Shown piece after piece: positions 28,767 to 39,557 of a DNA stretch of 64,000 nucleotides. Made by a program: the position numbers and the translations under genes. A model generated the notes under the pieces. It searched no databases, was not told where the DNA came from, and saw nothing but the letters and a program-made list of their open reading frames with translations. Where the stretch lies: assembly GCA_038065455.1 (NCBI GenBank), contig JBBTQX010000008.1, positions 4,257-68,256 of the forward strand, in the 5' to 3' direction. This DNA is from Patescibacteria group bacterium (GTDB lineage: Bacteria > Patescibacteriota > Minisyncoccia > UBA6257 > GWB1-50-10). The stretch's first letter is position 1. Each line of letters starts with the position of its first letter.

Positions 28767-28839
28767 GCCCTCATAGCTCAGTTGGTAGAGCAGCTGCCTC
28801 TTAAGCAAATGGTCCCAGGTTCGAATCCTGGTGGGGGCA
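28767..28839 (+). tRNA. tRNA-Lys (CTT); anticodon stem has two non-Watson-Crick top pairs
   Basis: Acceptor, D and T arms canonical (AGGTTCGAATCCTGG). Anticodon loop CUCUUAA. Stem GCUGC/GCAAA gives only 3 WC pairs. Confidence 0.65.
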
Positions 28840-28842
28840 CAA

Positions 28843-29514
28843 TCAGCCGCGAGGTTTCTTCCACTCCGTAATCTTCCCCGCTTTTATTTCTATCTTATCC
28901 GCCGGACGGAGATCCCGAATCGTTTTTTTATCCAAGACACTGAAATGTTTTGAGGCCATAAAGTCATCAAAGAGCTTCCATAAGTTCTTTTTTGAAACTA
29001 GCCAATCGCTCCCGTATTTGGACAAACCGAACGGGGCGGAGTAGCTCCGCATGGTCTTCTTGCCGCTGTCCAAGAAATATTCGTTGAAGTAGGACATCGC
29101 GAGCTCCCGAACGGAAGTATAGACCGGGTCGCGGTAACGCAAAACGGCATGATTGGTCTTGGTTAACGCGCCCCAACGACCTCTGCGTTTAAAGATCGCG
29201 AGAACGTGGCCGTAATCGTCATCCGTAGTCCTTAAATTCAAAAGAATAGGTGGTTCGCCGTTGTGCCACAAGACGGCCGCCGCCAAGAGCGCTCCCTCCA
29301 TACAATGGGCTTCTTTATTCTTCAGAACCTGGAGCGGCGACCGGCACGTTCGCTTCCCCACCTCGAAGTTTATCGGAATTCCGTTGACGAAATCCTGGAT
29401 TTTGGCAGGAGTATTCATTTTTTTAAAAACGGAGAATTCTTTTTTCAGCGAAATGGGAAACTTCTTCATATAACAATGATAACAAAGCCGCGCTAAAGAT
29501 GGGGAAAATACCAA
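28843..29514 (-). CDS. transglutaminase-like (Cys-His-Asp fold) domain protein, hypothetical
   Basis: AHCMEGALLAAAVLW ... DYGHVLAIFKRRGRWGALTKTN resembles the C..H..D core of transglutaminase-like cysteine peptidases. Confidence 0.4.
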   Translation of the reverse strand: MVFSPSLARLCYHCYMKKFPISLKKEFSVFKKMNTPAKIQDFVNGIPINFEVGKRTCRSPLQVLKNKEAHCMEGALLAAAVLWHNGEPPILLNLRTTDDDYGHVLAIFKRRGRWGALTKTNHAVLRYRDPVYTSVRELAMSYFNEYFLDSGKKTMRSYSAPFGLSKYGSDWLVSKKNLWKLFDDFMASKHFSVLDKKTIRDLRPADKIEIKAGKITEWKKPRG

Positions 29515-29536
29515 AAATCGGGTATAATATGCGGCA

Positions 29537-31663
29537 ATGTTAGACTTTCACACGCCTCTCGCCGAAGTGAACGGCATCGGCCAGAATTTCATCGCGAAAC
29601 TGAAGAGGATGGGCATTTCGACGGCGGGCGAACTTCTATCCCATTTTCCCGCTCGCTACGAAGATTTTTCGCAAATCTACAATATCGCCGATTTAATCCC
29701 CAATCAGGAAGCGACCATCCGGGGGCAAGTGGAAGAAATCGAGGGTCGCCGCGCCTGGCATCGCCGGAATCTCCACATCACCGAATGCCTTATTACCGAC
29801 GATACCGGTTCCATTAAAGCCGTCTGGTTCAATCAACCCTATATCAAAAATACTCTTCAGCCGGGGCGTCTGGCGAATTTCTCGGGCAAAGTGTCGAAAA
29901 GCAAGGACGGAGATATCCATCTTTCAAGCCCCACTTACGAAGTGATAACCAATGACCGAATGGACACAAAGCACACGGCGAGGATTGTCGGCATTTATCC
30001 CGAAACCCGCGGCCTCACTTCCAAAGGCATCCGTTATCTCATAAAACCCCTACTGGAAAACCTGGAAGAAATTCCCGACCCCTTGCCGAAAGATATTTTA
30101 AAAAAATGGGATTTAATCGGAATAAACCGCGCCTTCAGCCAAATCCATTTTCCCGAAAAATTGGAAGACGCGTTTGAGGCGAAAAAACGCTTTGCTTTCG
30201 AGGACTTATTCCTACTCCAGATTTACAACCTGAAACAGAAGAGTGCGCTTGCTCGGAAAAAAGCGCCCAGCGTGGCGACTGATATTCTTTTTATCAAAGA
30301 TATCCTGAATCATCTTCCTTTTACCCTAACCCTTTCGCAGAAAAAATCTCTTTGGGAAATCGTTCAAGATACGGCGAAAGGCCAACCGATGAACCGCTTG
30401 CTTCAAGGAGACGTCGGCTCGGGAAAGACGGTGATAGCCGCGATTGCCGCTCTGAATGCCGCTCATCAAAACTATCAAACGGCACTTATGGCGCCCACCG
30501 AAATACTCGCCCGCCAGCATTTCAATACCTTCATCAGATTTTTTCCGGAATTCGACGGCGGCGTGGCGCTCATAACCGCAAGCAAACGGGAAGTCTTTTA
30601 CGGCCACGGCCTCGCGGCCGAGCTCAAGAAAAAACAGGCCGAGGAAGAAGTTCGAAGCGGGAAAATAAAAATAATCGTCGGGACGCACGCGCTTATCCAA
30701 AAGGGGCTGGATTTCAAATCGCTGGCACTCGTTATCGTGGACGAACAGCACCGTTTCGGCGTAAACCAAAGAGCGGAGCTCCTGAATAGGAATGGGGCGT
30801 TAACACCCCATTTTCTCTCAATGTCCGCCACCCCCATTCCCCGCACTCTTTCCTTGACCATCTTCGGCGACCTTGATCTCTCCATAATCACCGAGATGCC
30901 GAAAGATCGGAAGCCCATCGTCACCAAATCGGTTGATCCAAAAGAAAGAACGGCGACCTACCAATTTATTCGCGGGGAGATCAAAAAAGGACGACAGGTT
31001 TTCGTTGTTTGCCCGCGCATCGAGCCGAACGAAAAGATTGAAGCTCCGATCACGAGATTGGAGTGGCAAAAACTAGAGTTGAAATCCGTAAAAGAGGAGT
31101 ACGAAAAATTATCGAAGAAGGTTTTCCCTGATCTCAAGATCCTCATGCTCCACGGCAAGATGAAGGCGACGGAGAAAGAAAAAGTGATGCGCGATTTTTT
31201 AGAAAAACGCGGCGATATTTTGGTAACGACATCCGTCGTCGAGGTCGGCGTGGATGTGCCGAACGCGACCGTCATGATGATTGAGGGCGCCGACCGTTTC
31301 GGCCTGGCCCAGCTTTACCAGTTCCGCGGCCGGGTCGGCCGGAGCGAGCACCAATCCTACTGCTTTCTCTTCACCGATTCATCGTCCAGAACCACCAAAC
31401 AAAGAATGAAATCTATTGTTGAGGCTAAGAACGGCTTTGAATTGGCTGAAAAAGACCTAAAAACACGGGGCCCCGGCGAGTTCTTCGGTCAGACCCAATC
31501 CGGAATGCCGGATCTGGCGATGATTGCCATCCAAAATCCGGAGATGGTTAAGGAATCCCGGGAAGCGGCGGTTAGGATAATCAAAGCAGATCCGGCGCTA
31601 AAGAAAAATCCGGGGCTTGCCCGGAAGATGACTGAATTCCAAAAGCAAATTCACTGGGAGTAA
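29537..31663 (+). CDS. recG: ATP-dependent DNA helicase RecG
   Basis: Wedge domain plus SF2 helicase motifs GDVGSGKT, DEQHRFG. Confidence 0.92.
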   Translation: MLDFHTPLAEVNGIGQNFIAKLKRMGISTAGELLSHFPARYEDFSQIYNIADLIPNQEATIRGQVEEIEGRRAWHRRNLHITECLITDDTGSIKAVWFNQPYIKNTLQPGRLANFSGKVSKSKDGDIHLSSPTYEVITNDRMDTKHTARIVGIYPETRGLTSKGIRYLIKPLLENLEEIPDPLPKDILKKWDLIGINRAFSQIHFPEKLEDAFEAKKRFAFEDLFLLQIYNLKQKSALARKKAPSVATDILFIKDILNHLPFTLTLSQKKSLWEIVQDTAKGQPMNRLLQGDVGSGKTVIAAIAALNAAHQNYQTALMAPTEILARQHFNTFIRFFPEFDGGVALITASKREVFYGHGLAAELKKKQAEEEVRSGKIKIIVGTHALIQKGLDFKSLALVIVDEQHRFGVNQRAELLNRNGALTPHFLSMSATPIPRTLSLTIFGDLDLSIITEMPKDRKPIVTKSVDPKERTATYQFIRGEIKKGRQVFVVCPRIEPNEKIEAPITRLEWQKLELKSVKEEYEKLSKKVFPDLKILMLHGKMKATEKEKVMRDFLEKRGDILVTTSVVEVGVDVPNATVMMIEGADRFGLAQLYQFRGRVGRSEHQSYCFLFTDSSSRTTKQRMKSIVEAKNGFELAEKDLKTRGPGEFFGQTQSGMPDLAMIAIQNPEMVKESREAAVRIIKADPALKKNPGLARKMTEFQKQIHWE

Positions 31664-31667
31664 TAAT

Positions 31668-31700
31668 AGGTGGTGTCTTCAAAGACACCACCTATTTCAT
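31668..31700. terminator. bidirectional terminator hairpin
   Basis: aggtggtgtct-tcaa-agacaccacct (11-bp stem) between convergent recG and pheS-like. Confidence 0.6.
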
Positions 31701-31719
31701 TATTCGGATTTATTTCAAT

Positions 31720-32889
31720 CTAACGGACTTCTGCCTTGAACTGCTTTTTCGTTTCTTCAATAATCTTGTTCTGAATGGGTGTAATTTCTTCCAGAGTCAG
31801 CGTGCGCTCGTTGGAACGATAAACAATGCGGTAGGTATAGCTCATCTTCCCCGCGCCGAATTTAGCCGCGTTCTCATATTTGTCCAAAAGCGAAACCTGC
31901 TCCACCAAATCGCCGCCGATGTCGCGAATGAGATCAAAATAATCGTTGGGAACGAAGCCGCTGTTTACGACAAATGAGATATCCCTCGTAATGGGCGGAT
32001 ACTTGCTGACCTCCGTGAATTTCTTGCCGAGTTGGAGCTGTTTCGTTATGCGGGGGTCTTCCGACCATAAGAGGCGTATATCTGGCAAACTCATACTCAC
32101 TATCGCCAGGCGTTCCAAACCAAAGCCGAAAGCCCAGCCGGTATAATTGGACGAATCAACCCCGAGCTTTTCGAGCACGCTGCCCTTTACCACGCCGCAG
32201 CCGACCACCTCCACCCATTTGCCTTCTATTTCAACCTCCATTTCCAAAGACGGTTCTGTGTAAGGGAAGGTGTCTTTGTTCAGGCGATATTTGACGTTCG
32301 GCCCGAATACCGCGATTGCGATATTGCCCAGAGCTTCCTCCAATTCTTTTATCCCTATCGTTTTTAACGATTTGGGCGCCAGATACCAGCCGTCGATTTG
32401 GTGGAAAACGTTCATATGATTCCGGTCGATTTCATCCCGGCGATAAACTTTGCCGAAGCTGAAAGCGCCCACCGGCTCGTTTTTCGCAATTCGTTTTTTT
32501 ATATCCTCGTCCAAAAGATAGTAGTACCACATAATCGTGGTGTGAGTGCGCAAAATATTCCTATCATCCACATAATACGTGTCCGAGCGGCTTCGGGCCG
32601 GATGATCGACAGGAAAATCGAACAAATCGAAGCTTATGCTCGCCGGCACGATTTCGGGAGTCTTGATTACATCCAAATCCTTGAAATACGGGCTTTTGAG
32701 TATCCGACTCACGATTTCGGCAATCGGATTCCCCTTCATCCGCGAAAGATCCGGCATATCCATGAATCTTTTCATACGCAAACCGTCCGCATCCGTTCTT
32801 TTTTGGAGCTCGGCTATCAGCATTTTCTCTTCAAGCATATCAATTAATATTTCCGCCATAATTAAAACATCATACCAATTTTCTATCAA
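31720..32889 (-). CDS. single-chain (mitochondrial-type, monomeric) phenylalanyl-tRNA synthetase: class II catalytic core fused to a C-terminal FDX-ACB anticodon-binding domain
   Basis: Motif 3 GWAFGFGLERLAIV. C-terminal KYPPITRDISFVVNSGFVPNDYFDLIRDIGGDLVEQVSLLDKY..YRIVYRSNERTLTLEEI closely matches the FDX-ACB domain of monomeric mitochondrial PheRS. No pheT nearby. Confidence 0.7.
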   Translation of the reverse strand: MIENWYDVLIMAEILIDMLEEKMLIAELQKRTDADGLRMKRFMDMPDLSRMKGNPIAEIVSRILKSPYFKDLDVIKTPEIVPASISFDLFDFPVDHPARSRSDTYYVDDRNILRTHTTIMWYYYLLDEDIKKRIAKNEPVGAFSFGKVYRRDEIDRNHMNVFHQIDGWYLAPKSLKTIGIKELEEALGNIAIAVFGPNVKYRLNKDTFPYTEPSLEMEVEIEGKWVEVVGCGVVKGSVLEKLGVDSSNYTGWAFGFGLERLAIVSMSLPDIRLLWSEDPRITKQLQLGKKFTEVSKYPPITRDISFVVNSGFVPNDYFDLIRDIGGDLVEQVSLLDKYENAAKFGAGKMSYTYRIVYRSNERTLTLEEITPIQNKIIEETKKQFKAEVR

Positions 32890-32978
32890 ATATCAAACAA
32901 CAAAAAATCTGCCGAAATGACAGACTTTTTGATTCTTGTTGCGGGGGCAGGATTTGAACCTGCAGCCTTCTGGTTATG

Positions 32979-33700
32979 CTTACCACTACAATTTTCATTG
33001 CTTCCATCCGTCAACTGACGAAGAATTTGTGGTCTGGACTATCCTTTGTTCCTAAAATAGGAACCCTACCCTCTAGTCTCTACACCTTCTCTAACACAAT
33101 GTCGGAGCTTGGCTCGGGATTGTCTGTCTCATTGCTGAGATTGGGATTTCCCCGAATTTGGCAGGTTATCTTTCCAACAATTACTCATCGGAACGCCCTA
33201 TGCATTTCATTTGAACACGAACTAATGGTATACTACCAGAAGATGCCTAAATCTCTCACACGAAGCGAAAGTGTTTATAAATTCCTTAATCCTAAAGGTG
33301 ATCCGTTTTCCTATAGTCCGAAAAGTAATAGATCTCTCGAAATCATCGGATTAATTCTTTGGATAACAGAAGGTGATAAAACCCAACTTTCTCTTTCTAA
33401 TGGTAATTTTTCGATTATCAAACAATACCTAACTTTTTTGAGAAAGGTATGCAAGTTAAAAGAAGAAAAAATCAAAGCTGTTATCCACTGTCATGATTCT
33501 TTATCTTACGAATCTTGTTTGTCTTATTGGTCAAAAATAACCAATATCCCAAAGAACCGTTTTACCAAGCCATATATCAAAAAGGATCACGGTGGAGCCA
33601 GAAAATACCCCTATGGAATAATCAGGATTGCAGCAACTAATATGAAATTAATTCGTATTTTTAATGAACGCTTGAAAGATTTCGGTCTTTCAAGAAGTTG
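32979..33700 (-). other. group I-like intron inserted after U33 of the tRNA(CAU)
   Basis: 5' exon ends in U, the intron ends in G (..GTAAG|CAT), and the position in the anticodon loop matches known bacterial tRNA group I introns. Intron core P1-P9 not verified. Confidence 0.5.
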
Positions 33701-33701
33701 A
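33225..33701 (+). CDS. putative LAGLIDADG-like homing endonuclease, encoded antisense to the tRNA intron (ORF open from 32976)
   Basis: The 241-codon ORF exactly spans the intron on the opposite strand. LEIIGLILWITEGDKTQLSLSNGNFSI resembles a single LAGLIDADG motif. The start codon is uncertain. Confidence 0.4.
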   Translation: MVYYQKMPKSLTRSESVYKFLNPKGDPFSYSPKSNRSLEIIGLILWITEGDKTQLSLSNGNFSIIKQYLTFLRKVCKLKEEKIKAVIHCHDSLSYESCLSYWSKITNIPKNRFTKPYIKKDHGGARKYPYGIIRIAATNMKLIRIFNERLKDFGLSRS

Positions 33702-33824
33702 GCCAGACGAGCGACCGGGTTGCTCCTCCCCGCAAATGCATATTATCAAGAAAAAACGGAAAATACAATTGTTTTAAAATCGTTGGCATTTATGGGATAC
33801 TGTTTTATAATCAGCATCAGAAAT

Positions 33825-33896
33825 GGCTGGGTAGCTCAGTGGTAGAGCAGACGTTTCATAAGCGTCGGGTCGTGAGTCCGATTCTCACCTCAGCCA
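33825..33896 (+). tRNA. tRNA-Met/Ile2 (CAT), elongator type
   Basis: Cloverleaf GGCTGGG../..CTCAGCC-A, anticodon loop UUCAUAA. T-loop UCCGAUU is unusual with C at position 55. No CCA encoded. Confidence 0.75.
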
Positions 33897-33904
33897 CAAA
33901 ATAA

Positions 33905-33937
33905 AAAACGTCTCAATTTGCGAAACGTTTTTTTTGT
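33905..33937. terminator. rho-independent terminator
   Basis: aaaacg-(13 nt loop)-cgtttt followed by a T-run, downstream of the tRNA. Confidence 0.5.
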
Positions 33938-33943
33938 TATTTT

Positions 33944-34345
33944 TTATTGAAGCGGAGCCGTTAACTCGGATGCCACTTGTTTTAGTATCATTTCCATTAC
34001 ATCCAGGGAAAACGGCTTAATGATAGCTCCGTTGAAAATCGGAGCAGGTTTCTTCATCATCGGATGATTCTCGTCCGATGACATTGCGAATATTTTAACG
34101 AATGGGTTGTCGGCCCGGAGCTTGTCTATAACATACCAATTTCCAAGTTTAAGCTCGGGGCAAAGGTTCAAAAAAGCCACATCTATGAATCTGAAATTCC
34201 TTTTTAGACTTTCGTTGATCCAGACAATCTCTCCAACAGAGGAACAGGTATGGACTTCGCATCCGAGCTGTTTTTGAATGATTTCTTCCCAAGTTTCGAC
34301 AAGTCCCCTATGCCTGTCAAAAAATAAAACTGTGAGCTTTTCCAT
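33944..34345 (-). CDS. CheY-like receiver-domain protein with a degenerate phosphoacceptor pocket
   Basis: (beta-alpha)5-like pattern, conserved K (IIKPF) and D in IDVAFLNL. The N-terminal DD pair is replaced by FFDRH. Confidence 0.45.
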   Translation of the reverse strand: MEKLTVLFFDRHRGLVETWEEIIQKQLGCEVHTCSSVGEIVWINESLKRNFRFIDVAFLNLCPELKLGNWYVIDKLRADNPFVKIFAMSSDENHPMMKKPAPIFNGAIIKPFSLDVMEMILKQVASELTAPLQ

Positions 34346-34504
34346 TTGACTTGACTCCTATTTAATTAATTGAAAGGTTGATTAAATAAATTGCTGATTT
34401 GATAATATGATGTAACTTGGGATAAAGTCAACTGGGCGATATTATCCCACATGGATTACTTGCGGTACTTGGGAATTTAAAATAAACTAAAAAAACGATC
34501 GTTT

Positions 34505-34578
34505 GCGGGCGTAGCTCAGCTGGTTAGAGCGTCCCCCTGTCACGGGGAAGGTCGTGGGTTCGAGTCCCATCGCCCGCG
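34505..34578 (+). tRNA. tRNA-Asp (GTC)
   Basis: Cloverleaf GCGGGCG../..CGCCCGC-G, anticodon loop CUGUCAC. Confidence 0.88.
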
Positions 34579-34602
34579 CAAAGGACTCGAACGGAACTTT
34601 AT

Positions 34603-36054
34603 TTAGATTTTTTCGTATTGCTTCCCGATCCCGAAAATGTCCGCTTCGCGGAAGTGTTTGCCAATCAATTGAAAGCCAATCGGCAATTCTTTGCCGCCAA
34701 TCTCGTATTTTTTGACCGGTATGGAAATGCCCGGCAGGCCGGCCAAATTCACCGGAATCGTGAAAATATCCGAAAGATACATCGCAAGCGGATCGTCCGC
34801 TTTCTCCCCTATTTTGAAGGCACTTGTAGCCGTAACCGGAGTCAGAATAACATCCACTTTTTTGAAAGCTTCATCAAAATCATTCCGAACCAATTGGCGA
34901 ACTTTTTGCGCTTTGGCATAATAGGCGTCGTAATAGCCGGCCGAAAGAACAAACGTGCCCAATAAAATTCGCCGGCGAACCTCGGCACCAAAACGTTCGC
35001 CGCGATTTTTGAAATAAATCTCTTGAAGCATTGAGCGCCCGTTCTTGGATTCGGAAATATCTTTTATCCGATCGTATCTAATACCGTCGAATCTCGCCAA
35101 ATTTGCGCTCACTTCTGCCGGCATAATAATGTAATAAACCGATAGTGCGTACTTCGTATGAGGCAAACTGATTTCCTTGAATTTAAAACCTAATGTTTTC
35201 AGCTTGGCAATCGCTTCCTCCACGCCGTTTTTCACATCGGCGCTTAAACCGTCGATAAAATATTCTTTCGGCAAGCCAATTCTCAATTCTTTTATCTTTT
35301 TCAAATCATTTTCGGGGAAAAAGTCTTTCTTGACGCTTGTCGCATCAAACGGATCTTCGCCACGGACGGCATCAAAGAGAATTTCCGCATCTTCAACGGT
35401 TTTGGCAAAAGGCCCGATTTGATCCAAACTGGAGGCCATTGCGATAAGACCGAACCTGGAAACGCTGCCATAGGTCGGTTTAAACCCCACCACCCCGCAG
35501 AAAGCCGCCGGTTCGCGGATAGAACCTCCGGTATCCGATCCAAAGGCACCTAGGGCGAAATTAGCCGCCACGGCGGCCACCGAGCCGCCCGAAGAACCGC
35601 CAGGCACCCTTTCCAAATCATAGGGATTGCGCGTCACGCCAAAGGCCGAATTTTCGGTCGAAGAACCCATTGCGAACTCATCCATATTTGTTTTGCCCAA
35701 GAATATCGCCCCTTCTTTTTTCAACTTCCCGACCACAGTCGCATCATAGCTGGAGACATAATTTTCCAGGATTCTGGAGCCAGCGGTCGCCCGCGAACCT
35801 TCAATCAGCATATTGTCTTTTATGGCCAAAGGGACGCCGGACAAAATACTGATATTTTTGCCGGATGCTAAATCCAAATCCACTCTCTCGGCTTGTTCGA
35901 CTGCTTCTTCTTCCAAAAGCGTAAGAAAAGAATGGATTTTGACGTCCTCTTTCTTTATTTTATCGAAAAGCTCCCGGACAACTTCAAGTGCCTTGAATTC
36001 TCCATTCTTCAAGCTATCATGGAAACTTTTTATCGTTATGTCATTAAAATGCAT
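34603..36054 (-). CDS. gatA: Glu/Asp-tRNA(Gln/Asn) amidotransferase subunit A
   Basis: Amidase signature GGSSGGS and Ser-cisSer-Lys triad context. Confidence 0.92.
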   Translation of the reverse strand: MHFNDITIKSFHDSLKNGEFKALEVVRELFDKIKKEDVKIHSFLTLLEEEAVEQAERVDLDLASGKNISILSGVPLAIKDNMLIEGSRATAGSRILENYVSSYDATVVGKLKKEGAIFLGKTNMDEFAMGSSTENSAFGVTRNPYDLERVPGGSSGGSVAAVAANFALGAFGSDTGGSIREPAAFCGVVGFKPTYGSVSRFGLIAMASSLDQIGPFAKTVEDAEILFDAVRGEDPFDATSVKKDFFPENDLKKIKELRIGLPKEYFIDGLSADVKNGVEEAIAKLKTLGFKFKEISLPHTKYALSVYYIIMPAEVSANLARFDGIRYDRIKDISESKNGRSMLQEIYFKNRGERFGAEVRRRILLGTFVLSAGYYDAYYAKAQKVRQLVRNDFDEAFKKVDVILTPVTATSAFKIGEKADDPLAMYLSDIFTIPVNLAGLPGISIPVKKYEIGGKELPIGFQLIGKHFREADIFGIGKQYEKI

Positions 36055-36063
36055 ATGGGTGCG

Positions 36064-36345
36064 TTAAAATACGGGCGGAACTTTGAGATATCCGCCGCTG
36101 TTTTCCGGAAAAGCTTCGATGGCTTTGTTTTTATCCACATTCAAATCCGCCGAGTCTTCTCTAAAAATATTTTCGGATGCCGTTCCTCCAGCCATCGGAA
36201 CAATACCCTCGGTATTCGCTTCTTTCAGTTCTCCGAAATAATCGAGGATTTTATCCAAATCTTTGAGCAGTTTTTCTTCCCCTTTGCCGTCCAGATCCAT
36301 TCGGGCCAATTCGGCCAATTTTTCCAAATCTTTCTTTTTAAGCAT
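36064..36345 (-). CDS. gatC: amidotransferase subunit C
   Basis: 93 aa, LAELARMDLDGKGEEKLLKDLDKILDYF is typical of GatC. Confidence 0.85.
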   Translation of the reverse strand: MLKKKDLEKLAELARMDLDGKGEEKLLKDLDKILDYFGELKEANTEGIVPMAGGTASENIFREDSADLNVDKNKAIEAFPENSGGYLKVPPVF

Positions 36346-36459
36346 TATAATTCGATTATATCAGGAAAAAATTAGGATAGAAAACCGGAATGGATTGCGA
36401 TGGGCCGGGAAGGTAAAAAGTGGGTAAGACTTGGCCTAGCGGCCCGGAGCGCACACTTT

Positions 36460-38891
<2,432 letters not shown>

Positions 38892-38896
38892 TTTTA

Positions 38897-39547
38897 TTAA
38901 ATCTCAGACGGCAAAATGCGGGCGCTTACCGTCGTTTCCAGATTCACGGTGTTCTCGGGCGCCGATTCGGTCCGGGAACCTACATTCATAAAAATAGATG
39001 CTCTCCAGGGCGCTAAAATATAGGTTCGGGGAAATAGATAAAAACTTAATTTGTTTACTTTCACTCCGGAAGCGGTAAGAAGCGAAAACGGGGACGTTCC
39101 TTCGGTTCTTTTAACGCCAAAATTCGCCTGGTCCCACTCATAAATGACTGACACGGGCGTCGCTCCGCGAATCCGGGTGAATTTAAGCGAATCGCCGAAG
39201 CCGCCAGCGAGATCAGGACTGCACGTTCCCAAACTGCAGATTTCAAAACCATAGCCGAGTCTGATTTCACGCATTATTTGTTCCAAAGCCAAACTTGAGT
39301 TGCTTTGGATTGCCATCATGTCGGTCACGAGCCGCTGGGTCCGGAAAGAACGGATAAAAATGCCAGAGGCCACCGTCACCACGCTGAGAAATACGGCAAT
39401 GGCGACAATAAGCTCGACAAGTGTGAATCCCGTTAGAGATCGCGCCCGCGCGCTTGCGCGCGCCCCGAAGGGGCCTGCGGGGCGGGCTATCTCTAACGGG
39501 ATGAACCCGCTATTTTTGGAATTTGGATATTTTATAAAATGTTTCAT
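38897..39547 (-). CDS. prepilin-type N-terminal cleavage/methylation domain protein (PilW-like minor pilin)
   Basis: GFTLVELIVAIAVFLSVV is a class III signal peptide. Confidence 0.65.
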   Translation of the reverse strand: MKHFIKYPNSKNSGFIPLEIARPAGPFGARASARARSLTGFTLVELIVAIAVFLSVVTVASGIFIRSFRTQRLVTDMMAIQSNSSLALEQIMREIRLGYGFEICSLGTCSPDLAGGFGDSLKFTRIRGATPVSVIYEWDQANFGVKRTEGTSPFSLLTASGVKVNKLSFYLFPRTYILAPWRASIFMNVGSRTESAPENTVNLETTVSARILPSEI

Positions 39548-39557
39548 TGCGTCGCGC

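Larger units (their letters stand above)
32939..33734 (-). tRNA. tRNA with CAU anticodon (Met or Ile2), split by a 722-nt intron in the anticodon loop. Exon 1 is 33701..33734 and exon 2 is 32939..32978.
   Basis: Exon 1 TGCGGGGAGGAGCAACCCGGTCGCTCGTCTGGCT (acceptor, D arm, 5' anticodon stem, C32 U33). Exon 2 CATAACCAGAAGGCTGCAGGTTCAAATCCTGCCCCCGCAA (anticodon CAU, 3' stem CCAGA pairing with TCTGG, T arm, acceptor). Joined they form a perfect cloverleaf with loop CUCAUAA. Confidence 0.7.

Noticed and set aside
28486-28767. 93-aa ORF between tRNA-Arg and tRNA-Lys
   Set aside because: Starts inside the tRNA-Arg 3' end, ends at the tRNA-Lys 5' end, and has AT-rich low-complexity composition. Likely a non-coding spacer.
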